The notes below the pieces were generated by a model. That model was not told the DNA's origin and searched no databases. It saw only the letters and a program-made list of their open reading frames with translations. A stretch of 64,000 bases of DNA from an uncultured Actinomycetes bacterium (GTDB lineage: Bacteria; Actinomycetota; Thermoleophilia; Solirubrobacterales; Solirubrobacteraceae). Position 1 is the first letter of the stretch. Each line of letters begins with the position of its first letter. Position numbers and translations under genes: made by a program. Positions 30,293 to 40,599 of the stretch are shown here, one piece after another. The stretch is from positions 388,808 to 452,807 of the forward strand of contig CAWIXY010000001.1 in the NCBI GenBank assembly GCA_963840185.1, given 5' to 3'.

Positions 30293-31465
30293 ATGCTGAT
30301 CGATCTGCACGCGCATTATCCGATGCGGGTGATCGGCGATGTCTTCCCGGACACCGCCTATCGGCAGCTGCGGCGCGCACGCGGCCGACCGACCGTTCGC
30401 GACCGGCTCCGCGCGGTCGTCCTGCGCATCGCGAGCACGTTCTTCAGCCATCGCAACGCGTTCTCGGACTACCGCATCACGGTGCCGGGCCTGCGGGAGG
30501 GCGACGTCGGCGTGGCCGTCTCCGTCCTCACCCGGCCCTTCGACGAGGTGGCCCTCGGCAAGCCGTACCCCTCGCCGCCCTCGTCGGACTACTTCGCGGG
30601 CCTCCTGGACGACTGGCAGCAGGTCGAGGACGAGGTGGCGAGCCACGACCCCGCTGTCATCCGGCTGGTCCACGACCGCCAGGAGCTCGACCGGGCGCTC
30701 GCCGACGGCGCCACCGCGCTCGTGCACGGCGTCGAGGGCGGGTTCAGCCTCGGCGACGGCGTCGAGGAGATCAAGCGCAACGTCGCCGAGCTGCGGCGTC
30801 GCGGCGTCGTGTACGTCACGCTCGCGCACCTGCTCTACCGCCACGTGGCGACGAACTGCTCGGCGCTGCCGTTCCTGAGCGACGCGCGGTACGACAAGGT
30901 GTTCCCGCAGCCGCCGGGCCTCGGCCTCACCGAGCGCGGCGTCGCCGCCCTCGGCGCGATGGTCGAGCACCGGGTCCTCCTCGACGTCTCGCACATGCGC
31001 CGGGAGGCGCTCGACCACACGTTCACGCTGCTCGACGGCGACCTCGACCCGGACTGCGAGTTCCCCGTGCTGGCCACGCACGCGGGGTACCGCTTCGGCG
31101 AGCAGCAGTACATGCTCGACAAGCCCACCATCCTGCAGATCAAGCGGCGCAAGGGCGTGGTGGGGCTGATCCTGGCCCAGCACCAGCTCAACGACGGGCT
31201 CCGTGACGAGCCGACCAGGACCTTCGACGACTCGCTGGAGGTCCTCTTTCGCCACATCGACAAGATCGCCGAGATCACCGGCAGCCACGAGTACGTGGCG
31301 ATCGGAACCGACTTCGACGGCTTCATCAAGCCCACGCTCAGCGGGCTGGAGCGCATGGCGGATCTGCCGGCGCTCGAGCGAGCGCTGCGGGACGAGTACA
31401 AGCAGGACGCCGAGCTGATGCTGTCAGCCAACGCGCTGCGCGTCCTGCACCGGGCCTGGCCCTAG
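30293..31465 (+). CDS. Membrane dipeptidase (peptidase M19) family protein
   Basis: I prefer the start at ATG 30293 (MLIDLHAHYP). The sequence has GVEGGFSLG, VVYVTLAHLLYRH, LLDVSHM and IGTDFDGF. The ORF is intact. Confidence 0.8.
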   Translation: MLIDLHAHYPMRVIGDVFPDTAYRQLRRARGRPTVRDRLRAVVLRIASTFFSHRNAFSDYRITVPGLREGDVGVAVSVLTRPFDEVALGKPYPSPPSSDYFAGLLDDWQQVEDEVASHDPAVIRLVHDRQELDRALADGATALVHGVEGGFSLGDGVEEIKRNVAELRRRGVVYVTLAHLLYRHVATNCSALPFLSDARYDKVFPQPPGLGLTERGVAALGAMVEHRVLLDVSHMRREALDHTFTLLDGDLDPDCEFPVLATHAGYRFGEQQYMLDKPTILQIKRRKGVVGLILAQHQLNDGLRDEPTRTFDDSLEVLFRHIDKIAEITGSHEYVAIGTDFDGFIKPTLSGLERMADLPALERALRDEYKQDAELMLSANALRVLHRAWP

Positions 31466-31478
31466 GCGCGGGGCGCGC

Positions 31479-33581
31479 TCACTCCCGGCGCCAGTTGGCG
31501 TTGCCGAAGATCGTCCGCATCGGCTCGCGCCACAGCGACTGCAGCGTCGGCGTGGCCGGCCCGCGCTGGTCCCTGCCGAGCGCTTGCCCCTTGCGGAAGT
31601 TCTCCAGCGTGGTGCGGCTGTACGGGGCCCAGTGGCCGAGGAAGCTCATGGGCGGGGTCTCGGACGTGACCAGCAGATGGTCGGCGGGCGTCCACGACCA
31701 CTTCGAGTCGGTCCGGTCGCGGATGTTCGAGGCGTAGCTCACCAGCGTCAGCGTGTCGGCCGGAACCCCGGCGCACTTGCCCCAGTCCGGCGCGCGCCGG
31801 TCCTCGGCGACGCGGTAGTTGGCCTGCGACCCCTCCGCGACGGCGACCAGCGGGCGAAGCCGGGGTCGCCTGGTGTTCGCGACGCGCACGTCGTGCCACT
31901 CCGACCACGTGCCGCCGCAGTGCTCGGAGTACGCCACGAACACCGGGCCGGCATCGTCCAGGCCGATCGTCACGGCTTCCCAGTCCGCCTCGTGGCGCTG
32001 CTTGAACTGGCCGCCCAGGACCGGGGCCACCCACTCGTCGTAGGGGTAGAAGTACCAGTACTGCACCAGGAACCTCGTCCTGCGCCCGTAGGGGCCGACG
32101 TCGTCGAACGGGTTCGGCGAGCCGGCGTCGAAGCGCGTCCGCCGCTCCCGCTCATCGCGTCGCTCCACGCGCACGTACACCGCCTCGTCCTGCCGAGCCT
32201 CCCCGACCGTCGCGTCCCTGCCCATCGCGCAGTCGTCGGATGCGCTCTCGCACTCGATGGTCAGGCTGTAGCACGGCTTGGGCACGATGCCCGGGCACTC
32301 GCGCGGCAGCTTGTCGACCGCCGGGGCGGCGTACACCCTCCCCTCCCAGTCCTTGATCTTGGCGGCCGCGAGGTAGGCGTCGACCTTGACGGGAGACCAC
32401 CGCTGGTCCTCGGTGAACACCAGCACCGGCGAGTACATCCGCGCGAGCTCCAGGTCGTCGGCCACCTGGCCCGGCGCCCGCGCCGGCGTGTCGGGCCTGA
32501 TCGGCTCCAGCGTCGCCTCGTCGAACTGCTCCTTGGCGCCGCCCGCGGTCGTCGCCGCGACGACCGCGAGCAGCAGGGCGAGGGCTGCCAGGGCCGAGGC
32601 GACAAGCCCGTACGCGCCGAGCCGGTCCGTGATCGACCTCCTGACGACCGGCGTTTCGAGCTGAACCGCCACACGCGTCCGCCACCCGGAGACGCTCCCC
32701 TCGGCCGCATCGCGACCGAGCACCGCGGTCGTGGCGACCTCGGCCAGCGCCACGACGATGAGGGAGACGCCCGCGACCAGGAGCAGGAGGTCCGCGGTCA
32801 GCCAGGGCACGGCGTCCGCCAGGGTGTCGTGACCGGGGAACAGCCCTGCCTCCATCCCGAGCCTGGCCAGCGCCAGGGCCAGCGCGACCGTCACGACCGC
32901 CCGCAGCCGCGAGCTCGCGTACCCGATCAGGCGCAGGACCACGGCGAAGGCCAGCAGCAGGACCGCGAGGACGAACAGCACCGTCGAGATCTGGCTGGTC
33001 TGCTCCAGGACGTCCAGCAGCGGGATGGCCGCGAACACGAGCGCCGCGGCCAGGACGACCGGCAGCAGCGCGACCTGCGCGACCTGTGCCAGTCCCTGTC
33101 GCAGCGACTGTGCCGCCGTCGCGTCCTGGTCGCGCAGTGGGTTGTCGGGGGCGTCCCACTCGCGCTCGATCAGCCCGTACCACCCGACGAGCAGGCCTGC
33201 CAGGCCGACCGCCAGCTGCAGCAGGGGCGGCGACTGCACGGTGCCCGCGGCGATCAGGACCAGGACGGCGAGCCCGAGCGGGCACGCGGCCCGGCCGAGC
33301 GCCGCGATCGGCCTGAGCGCGGTTTGCGCGCTCGCGACACCCGCCACCACGAGGACACCGACGATCCCGCCGAGCAGCAGGATGCCCCCGGCGGAGCGGA
33401 ACAGCCAGGCCACGCCGACCAGGGCGAGGATGGAGGCGGCGGTCAGCGCGATCATGCGCGGGCTGCCCGGAGGCGGCAGACGGCGCCCGATGATGGGCAG
33501 CCGCGTGAACAGGTCCGCCCCCGCGCCCTCGCCCAGCCGCGGCGGTGTGATGCGTTCCGGCTCGGCCGGTCCCCGGGTCAC
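31479..33581 (-). CDS. Large membrane protein with a C-terminal Vps62-like (DUF946-type) soluble domain
   Basis: Intact 700 aa with a GTG start. The N-terminal half has about 9-10 TM segments. The C-terminal domain contains FLVQYWYFYPYDEW...HEADWEAVTIGLD...AYSEHCGGTW, which is characteristic of the Vps62 family as I recall it. Confidence 0.7.
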   Translation of the reverse strand: MTRGPAEPERITPPRLGEGAGADLFTRLPIIGRRLPPPGSPRMIALTAASILALVGVAWLFRSAGGILLLGGIVGVLVVAGVASAQTALRPIAALGRAACPLGLAVLVLIAAGTVQSPPLLQLAVGLAGLLVGWYGLIEREWDAPDNPLRDQDATAAQSLRQGLAQVAQVALLPVVLAAALVFAAIPLLDVLEQTSQISTVLFVLAVLLLAFAVVLRLIGYASSRLRAVVTVALALALARLGMEAGLFPGHDTLADAVPWLTADLLLLVAGVSLIVVALAEVATTAVLGRDAAEGSVSGWRTRVAVQLETPVVRRSITDRLGAYGLVASALAALALLLAVVAATTAGGAKEQFDEATLEPIRPDTPARAPGQVADDLELARMYSPVLVFTEDQRWSPVKVDAYLAAAKIKDWEGRVYAAPAVDKLPRECPGIVPKPCYSLTIECESASDDCAMGRDATVGEARQDEAVYVRVERRDERERRTRFDAGSPNPFDDVGPYGRRTRFLVQYWYFYPYDEWVAPVLGGQFKQRHEADWEAVTIGLDDAGPVFVAYSEHCGGTWSEWHDVRVANTRRPRLRPLVAVAEGSQANYRVAEDRRAPDWGKCAGVPADTLTLVSYASNIRDRTDSKWSWTPADHLLVTSETPPMSFLGHWAPYSRTTLENFRKGQALGRDQRGPATPTLQSLWREPMRTIFGNANWRRE

Positions 33582-33639
33582 CTCACCACGATGCAGCCCC
33601 CCGGGGCACGGGTCAACCTGGCTGCGCCGCCCGAGCGCC

Positions 33640-34648
33640 TCAGTCCGCCGGAGCGACCTGCGGCTCGCCGACGCCCAGCAGCGCGGCGATCGAGGCGCGG
33701 CGCGCCGGGTCGGCCGCGACGGTCGCGGCCGCGGTGATGCGGTCCTCTGGCAGGCGGGCCCAGTTCACGAGCGCCAGGTCGAGCGCCTCGATCGGGATGC
33801 CGGCCGCGGCCGCCAGCTCGGCCGAGCGGCGGCGCAGGTTGATGCACGTCGCCGATGCCGAAGACGCGCTTGGCCGCGCCCGTCGTGGGATCCAGCGCGT
33901 CGCCGACGTGCAGGGAGGTCGGGCGCAGGTCGGCCGCGCCGAGGTGGCCGAGCAGCACGAGCAGCTCGTAGCGCGGGCCGCGCCCGAACCCCGGGAGGGC
34001 CAGGCGCTCGAAGGCGCGCTCGAAGCGGCGCTCGGGGCCCCATGAGGCGTCGGCGGTCAGCGCCGCGGACTGCGAGCCGGCGCGCTGCGCCCAGGCGCGG
34101 TAGGCCTCGAGCGTGCGCGTGCCGCGCCCCGCCGCGTGGGCGCTGCGCGGACCCGGGGACGCGGCGTCCGCGTCGGGCAGCTCGCCGCCGGCCCACGAGG
34201 TGCGCACCGCCGCGATCGACGCGAACGGGTCGTCGGTGCCCTCCAGCGGCGACAGGTAGGCGATCTGGAAGGCCAGCCAGACGGCCTCCTCCGGATCGGC
34301 GGTGGAGGCGACCTCGGCGTAGAGGCCCGGCGGCGACGACCCCAGCTCGTCGAGCCGCGCGGCCGAGAACGCGAGCTCGTCCGCCAGGCGAGCGGCGTCG
34401 GCGCTGGCCCGCAGGCCGGGGACGAGGTCGTGCTCGTAGCCGTCGTCGGCGGCCCGCTCCACGCGGCTCACGCGCAGGTTGCTGGCGCCGCGCGCGGCGC
34501 GCCGGCGCGCGGCGACCGACGGCGAGGACCCCGGAGCGGGCGAGGCACGGCGCGCCGGCTTGCGCGGCGGCGCGAGGCGCTGCTCGAGGCCCTTGGAGCA
34601 GATCGGGCAGTTGGCCTCGAGGCGGCCGTGACGGCAGAAGGAGGGCAC
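33640..34648 (-). pseudogene. Hypothetical protein with an N-terminal CxxxxxxxCxxC zinc-ribbon-like motif, 1 frame break
   Basis: I prefer the GTG start at 34648, because the TTG at 34672 lies inside a hairpin. The N-terminus reads SFCRHGRLEANCPICSK. The break is at about 33844 (KRVFGIGDV / INLRRRSAELAAAAGIPIEALDLALVNW...VAPAD*). The corrected stop is at 33640-33642. Confidence 0.6.
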
Positions 34649-34668
34649 GAGGCGACACTCTAGGACGA

Positions 34669-34696
34669 CCAAGGCCGCCCCGGGGGGCGGCCTTGG
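34669..34696 (-). terminator. GC-rich hairpin between the secreted-protein gene and the zinc-ribbon gene
   Basis: The sequence is ccaaggccgcc-ccgggg-ggcggccttgg, with an 11-bp stem that can extend into the loop. Confidence 0.55.
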
Positions 34697-34739
34697 CCAA
34701 CGATGCGAGACGCGGGCGATCCCGCGAGGCGGACGGCGC

Positions 34740-35660
34740 TCAGCAGTTGCGCGCGCGCTTGCGCTGCACCACCGAGTAGCCGGGGCGCTTCTGCGTCCCG
34801 TCGGCGCTCACCAGGCCGGCGTCGAACGGGGCCGCGGGCACGTCGCCGTTGAACTGGTAGACGTACAGGCGCTTCACGCGCTTGTTGTCGCGCGCGATGT
34901 CGAACATGCAGCCCAGGGCGCGCGCGGCACGCGCCTCGTTGCGCGGGAACGCCCGGCCGAGCTTGACGATGCCGCCGGTCTCGGTCAGCCACATGTCGCC
35001 GCGCCAGGCGCGCAGCACGCGCTTCGTGCGCGTCTGGGACTGGCGGTTGGTGTCGGAGTAGTTGTGGAAGCCGAGGACCTTCGGGCGTGGCTTCGCGAAG
35101 CGCAGGAACTTGCGCAGGAAGGAGATCGTCTTGTTGACGTTCTGCTCGTCGAGCAGGTCGAGGCCCACGATCGTCGCCCGCGGGAACACGCGCCGTGACG
35201 CGGAGTAGTACTCGGCCAGGCGCTTCTGCTTGCCGCAGGTCGGCTGGCCGGCGACGCGCGTGCGCGACTGGCAGCGGTTGACCTCGTTCCAGGGAGAGAA
35301 CTCGCGGATGAACGGGAACGCGCGCTTGATCTTGCGCAGCTCGCGCGTGTACTCGGCGACCGACGGCAGCCGGCGTTCGCGCCCGGGGCGCCGGGAGCGC
35401 TCCAGGGAGAGCAGGATCCTCTGGTTCGCGCGGCGCGCGCCGGCCATCCAGGCGCGCAGGCGCGCCTCGTCCTCGGGCGAGCTCATCGCGTCGTAGGGGG
35501 CGATGTAGCGCGCGGCGCGGAACTTCAGCGGCTTGAAGAGCGGGTTGTCGAACGTGCCCGCCTGCTGGTCGCTCACGCCGAGCGTGAACGCTGCGGAAGC
35601 GGAGGAGGGCACGGCGAGCAGGGCAAGCACGAGGGCGAGCGGGAGCAGCAGTCGTCGCAT
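34740..35660 (-). CDS. Secreted hypothetical protein (possibly a glycoside-hydrolase-like TIM barrel)
   Basis: ATG at 35660 with the signal peptide MRRLLLPLALVLALLAVPSSASA. Intact 306 aa. Its composition is Lys/Arg/Phe/Asn-rich and its GC is lower than that of its neighbours. The family assignment is tentative. Confidence 0.65.
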   Translation of the reverse strand: MRRLLLPLALVLALLAVPSSASAAFTLGVSDQQAGTFDNPLFKPLKFRAARYIAPYDAMSSPEDEARLRAWMAGARRANQRILLSLERSRRPGRERRLPSVAEYTRELRKIKRAFPFIREFSPWNEVNRCQSRTRVAGQPTCGKQKRLAEYYSASRRVFPRATIVGLDLLDEQNVNKTISFLRKFLRFAKPRPKVLGFHNYSDTNRQSQTRTKRVLRAWRGDMWLTETGGIVKLGRAFPRNEARAARALGCMFDIARDNKRVKRLYVYQFNGDVPAAPFDAGLVSADGTQKRPGYSVVQRKRARNC

Positions 35661-35774
35661 GAAGGGGGTCGTTCCTTTCGCAGGGTTCGTTCGGGGAACG
35701 CGAGCGGCGCGCGGAGGTGATGCGGCGCGTCGGAGTCCCAACAGGCTAGCCACCCCCGAGTTGCGGCGTTGCAA

Positions 35775-35793
35775 GGCGCCGTTCGGCGGCGCC
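35775..35793 (-). terminator. Short hairpin 2 nt after the corrected TetR stop
   Basis: The sequence is ggcgccg-ttcgg-cggcgcc, with a 7-bp stem. Confidence 0.4.
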
Positions 35794-35795
35794 GT

Positions 35796-36409
35796 TCAGC
35801 CGCCCAGGCGGGCGAGCCCGCCGATGAACAGGCTCGTGACGAACCGCACGGCGGCCTCGACGTCGCCATCGCCCTCGACCATCTTGCACGCCGACCTCGA
35901 TGCCCGTGCCGACCATCGCCGCGGCCATCAGCTCGGTGTCGTGCGGCGGGATCGCCCCCGCGGCGACGCCCGCGTCGCAGGTCGGCGCGCAGCTCGTCGA
36001 TGCCGGCGCCGAGCGCGGGTTCGTCGAACATCGCGCGGATCGTGCCCGCGTTGCGGCGCATGAGCGCGAACGTGACCGGATCCTCGACGATGAAGGCGAA
36101 GTAGGCGCGGAAGCCCTCTTCGACGAACTCCTGCAGCGAGGTCGCGTCCTGCCGGGCCGCGCGCACGCGCCGGCGCGCCTCGACGGCGACGGCGTCGACG
36201 AGGGCGCGGAGCACCGACTCCTTGTCGGGGAAGTAGTTGTAGAAGGTTCCGGTGGCCAGGTCGGTGCGCCGGACGATGTCGCGCACGCTGGCAGCGCCGT
36301 AGCCGATCTCGCCGAAGACCTCCTGCGCCGCGGCGAGGATCGCCGCGCGGTTGGCCTGCTTCGTGGCCTCGCGCCGGCCGCCGTCGGCGGCGGAGGGGGC
36401 GACGGTCAC
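35796..36409 (-). pseudogene. TetR/AcrR family transcriptional regulator, 2 frame breaks in the C-terminal half
   Basis: The GTG start overlaps the FMO stop as GTGA. The HTH is ILAAAQEVFGEIGYGAASVRDIVRRTDLATGTFYNYFPDKE. The C-terminus is read as GIDELRADLRRG / VAAGAIPPHDTELMAAAMVGTGIEVGV / KMVEGDGDVEAAVRFVTSLFIGGLARLGG*. Confidence 0.85.
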
Positions 36410-37776
36410 GCGGGCACCTCCGGCGCCGCGGAGCCGGCGCGGCCGGACACGGGCAGGCGGAAGCCGCGTGCCCGGGCGCGCTGCGCGCCGGCGCGGCGCT
36501 CGCGCTGCAGCGCGTGCAGGTAGTCGTCGAAGTCGACCTGGATCGTGTGACGCTTGGAGGCCACGTAGCGCTTGCGCATCGCGGTCTGGTCGCGGCGGAT
36601 GTCCTCGCGCAGCTCGGCGGGCGCCGGCAGCGCGTACTCGCCCTTGAGGTAGTCGGCCACCCACTGCCCCTGCGCCTCGGACAGCGGCATGATCGCGCCC
36701 AGTGGCTGCAGCAGCCCGACGAAGAAGACGTCGTCGAGCTCGGGGTGGAAGACGCGGCGGAACAGCTCGATGTGGTTGTCGGGCGCGGAGATGAGGCCCT
36801 CGTCGAAGAACGGGAACGTGATCTTGTACCCGGTGCAGTACACGACCACGTCGACGTGCTCGCGACTGCCGTCGTCGAACTCCACGAACTCGCCGTCGAG
36901 GCGCGCGATGTTCGGCTTGGGCGTGATCGTGCCGTGCTGGATGCGGTCCAGCAGGCGCCCGGAGACCGTCGGGTGGGCCTCGCCGAAGCGGTGGTCGGGC
37001 TCCGGCAGCCCGTACCGCGTGAGGTCGCCGACGTTCAGCCTGATGATGCTGTGGATGATCCGCTGGCGGATCTTGAACGGCACGCGCGGGTCCTGCGGGA
37101 GCTGGTCGGTGGGCTTGCCGAAGACGTACTTGGGGATGATCCAGGCCCCGCGCCGCGCCGCGAGGAAGGTGCGGTCGGCGACGTAGGAGGCCTCGACCGC
37201 GATGTCGACCGCGCTGTTGCCGATGCCCAGCACGAGCGCGTCGCGGCCCCTGAACAGCTCGTTGTCGACGTAGCTGTGCGCGTGCAGCTGCTCGCCGGCG
37301 AACGTGTCGGAGCCCGGGAACGCGGGCTCGGGCCAGCGCGGGTTCCAGTGGTGGCCGTTGGCCACCAGCAGCGCGTCGAAGCGCTCGACCGAGCCGTCGT
37401 GCAGCGTCAGCGTCCAGCCGCCCTGCGGGCCGCGCTCGGCGCGCTCGACGCTCGTCTGGAAGCGGATGCGGTCGCGGAGGCCGAAGTGGTCGACGTAGCT
37501 GTCGAAGTAGGCCGCGATCTGCGTGTGGTGCGGGTAGTCGGGATAGGACTTCGGCATCGGGAAGTCCGAGTACTCCATGCGGTCGCGCGAGGTGTTGATG
37601 TGCAGGTCGCGGTAGGCGGCCGACATCCCGTTGCGGTTGCCGAACACCCAGTTGCCGCCGACGCGGTCGGAGGCCTCGAAGCAGGTGAACGCGATGCCGC
37701 GCTCGTGCAGGGCCTTGGCGGCGGCGATCCCGGAGGAGCCCGCGCCGATGATCGCAGCGGTGGGGGAAGCCGGCAT
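36406..37776 (-). CDS. Flavin-containing monooxygenase (class B FMO/BVMO-like)
   Basis: The ORF is intact. Motifs are the FAD-binding IIGAGSSGIAAA, the FMO motif FAGEQLHAHSY and the NADPH-binding LGIGNSAVD. I prefer the ATG at 37776. The track start is the TTG at 37812. Confidence 0.85.
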   Translation of the reverse strand: MPASPTAAIIGAGSSGIAAAKALHERGIAFTCFEASDRVGGNWVFGNRNGMSAAYRDLHINTSRDRMEYSDFPMPKSYPDYPHHTQIAAYFDSYVDHFGLRDRIRFQTSVERAERGPQGGWTLTLHDGSVERFDALLVANGHHWNPRWPEPAFPGSDTFAGEQLHAHSYVDNELFRGRDALVLGIGNSAVDIAVEASYVADRTFLAARRGAWIIPKYVFGKPTDQLPQDPRVPFKIRQRIIHSIIRLNVGDLTRYGLPEPDHRFGEAHPTVSGRLLDRIQHGTITPKPNIARLDGEFVEFDDGSREHVDVVVYCTGYKITFPFFDEGLISAPDNHIELFRRVFHPELDDVFFVGLLQPLGAIMPLSEAQGQWVADYLKGEYALPAPAELREDIRRDQTAMRKRYVASKRHTIQVDFDDYLHALQRERRAGAQRARARGFRLPVSGRAGSAAPEVPA

Positions 37777-37873
37777 GCCCGGCACGCTAGATGAAGGTGA
37801 CGCCTGCGTCAACTTCGCACCCGGACGACACCGTGGTCACGTGAACGGCGGCGTGCGGATAGGGTCGCCGGCC

Positions 37874-40356
37874 ATGTCCCGCACGCTGCTCCGCGCCGCG
37901 CCGCTCGCCGCGCTCACCCTCGCCCTCGTCGCCCCGGGGGCCCCGGCCGCTCGCGACGACGCCGACGTCGCCCTGAACATCGTCCCCTCCGGGCAGTACG
38001 GGACGGTGCCCGTGCCGGTGGGCGCGGACACGCAGGCACAGATGTACGACGGGCTGACGCCGCTGTTCGACAAGGTCAGCGACGCGGACCTTCGCCGCTA
38101 CTTCAAGAGCGAGCGCTTCGGCACGGCCGGCGAGTGCCCGTGCCGCACCGAGCGGGTCCCGCGCCGCGGCGTGCGCCTCGTGCGCGACAAGTACGGCGTG
38201 CCGCACATCACGGCGCAGACGCGCGACGCCCTGACCTTCGCCACCGGCTGGGTCATCGCGACCGACCGCGGCCTGCTGCTCCAGCAGGCGCGCTACAACT
38301 CGCGCGTCGCCGCGATCGACGCACCGGGCATCTCCGCCATCGGGCTGACGAGCAGCCTTGGCAACTTCCGCCCGACCGCGGCCACCGAGCGGGAGGTCGC
38401 CAAGCAGACGGGCGTGCTGCGTGCGCGCTGGGGTCAAGGGCCGCAGGCTGCTGCACGACATCGACGTCTACGTGCAGGGCATCAACGCCAAGCTGCGCGC
38501 CGAGGACAGCGAGAACGCCCCGTGGACGCGCAACGACGTCTACGCGCTCAACGCGCTGAAGGGCCAGTTCCTCGGGTCAGGGCGGCGGCGACGAGGTGCG
38601 CCGCTCGCAGTTGCTCGCCTCGCTCACGCAGCGCCTGGGCACGACGCGCGGCTTCTCGGTGTTCGACGACCTGCGCCAGCGCGACCCGGCCGGCCACCCG
38701 GCGACGATCGAGGGGCGCTTCCCCTACGCCCAGGTGCCCCGCAGCCGGGCGGGCAACGTGCTCGTCGACCCGGGGTCGCTGGAGCGCGTCGTCTACGGCC
38801 CGCCCGCCTCGGGCGCCACGGCGGCCGCGGCCACCGCCGCTCCGGCCGGCTCCCCCGCGGCCTCGAACATCCTGATCCTGGACGGAGAGCGCTCGCAGAC
38901 CGGGCGCCCGCTGTTCGTCGGCGGCCCGCAGATCGGCTACTTCTACCCGGGCCTGACGCTCGAGATGGACCTCCACGCCCCGGGCGTCGACACGCGCGGC
39001 GTCACCTCCGCGCCGTTCCCCGGCTACATGCTCATCGGCCGCGGGCCGGACTTCGCTTGGACGCTGACGTCGGCGGGCGCCGACAACATCGACCAGTACG
39101 TCGAGGAGCTGTGCGAGGGCAGCGACATCCGCTACCGCTACAAGGGGCGCTGCCGGTCCATGTCGACGTTCGTGGCCGGCACGATCGCGGCGTCGGCGAC
39201 GCAGCCCGAGCAGCTCGTCGTCTTCCGCCGCACCAAGCACGGGCCGGTCATCGGCTACGCGACGGTCGACGGCCGGCGCGTGGCGATCTCCCAGAAGCGC
39301 GCGAGCTACGGGCGCGACACGCTCGACCAGCTCCCGTTCCAGGACCTGACGCTCGGCAAGGTGGACAGCGCCCGCTCGTTCGTGCGCTCGTTCCTGCAGT
39401 CGCCCCAGACGTTCAACGCCTTCTACGCCGACGACCGCGACATCGCCATGGTCACCACGGGCCGGCTGCCGCTGCGCGCCCGCGACGTCGACCCCGGACT
39501 GCCGACGCGAGGCGACGGCGAGCACGAGTGGCGCGGCTGGCTGTCGGACGCGGGGCACCCCCAGCAGATCAACCCGCGCAGCGGGACGCTGATCAACTGG
39601 AACAACAAGACGGCGCGCGGCTTCGAGGCCGCCGACGACGCCTGGAACTACGGCACGATCCACCGCGTCGACCTGCTCACCACCGAGCTGGCCAAGCGCC
39701 GCCGGCACGACCTGGCCTCGGTGACCGCCGCGATGAACGCGGCCGCCACCCAGGACCTGCGCTCGGTGAGGCTGACGCCGACCCTGGCCCGCGTGCTGCG
39801 CGGCGGGCCCGCGCCCAGCCCACGGGCGGCGCGGATGCTCGAGCTGCTGGAGGGCTGGACGCGCGCGGGCTCCTCGCGGCTGGACCGCGACCTCGACGGC
39901 AGGATCGACTCGCCCGGGGCGGCGGTCATGGACGCCGCCTGGCCGCGCCTGGCCGAGGCGGCGCTCTCCCCCGTGCTCGGCCCGGACCTGGAGCAGCTCA
40001 CCGAGCTGGGCATGCGCTACGACCTGCCGCCGCGCGGCCAGTCCGGCGGGTGGCACTCCTACCTGGACCGCGACCTGCGCCGCCTGCTGGGCGACCGCGT
40101 CCCCGACCCGTTCGCCAACCGCTACTGCGGCGGCGGCGACCTGGCGGCGTGCCGGACCGCGCTGTGGGAGGCGCTGGACGCCGCGGGCGTCGCGCTGGAG
40201 GCGGCCCAGGGCGCCGACCCCGCGGCCTGGCGGTCCGACGCGGTGCGCGAGCGCATCCCGTTCGTGCCGGGCCTGCTGCCCTACACGATGCGCTACACCA
40301 ACCGCCCGAGCGGGATCCAGCAGGTCATCTCGTTCGACGGGCACCGGCCGCGCTGA
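37874..40356 (+). pseudogene. Penicillin acylase family (Ntn hydrolase, peptidase S45) protein, 2 frame breaks
   Basis: Signal peptide from ATG 37874. The frames run f2, f3, f1, with breaks near 38425 and 38580. The beta-subunit N-terminal nucleophile context is AASNILILDGERSQTGRPLFVGGPQIGYFYPG. Confidence 0.85.
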
Positions 40357-40375
40357 CGCCGGCCACACGTCGTGC

Positions 40376-40423
40376 GTGCCGGCCGGCCCGGCGGCCCCCC
40401 AAGAGTCGCCGGGCCGGCGGCAC
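40376..40423 (+). terminator. Long GC-rich hairpin 20 nt after the acylase stop
   Basis: The sequence is gtgccggccggcccggc-(15-nt loop)-gccgggccggcggcac. It pairs about 16 bp with one bulge. Confidence 0.6.
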
Positions 40424-40599
40424 ATTCCGCCGTCGAGGGCAGACGGTAGTCGTCCCCGCGGGGGCGGCCGGTACGGCTAGCCGAACCGCGCGGGGGTGGC
40501 GGGCTCCCCACTGGCCTTGGACGGGCCGGCCGACGTCGCGGCTGAAGTTGGGCCGCCGCGGCGTGTTCCGGCCCTGCACGCGAGGGGTAGCTCGGCGCC

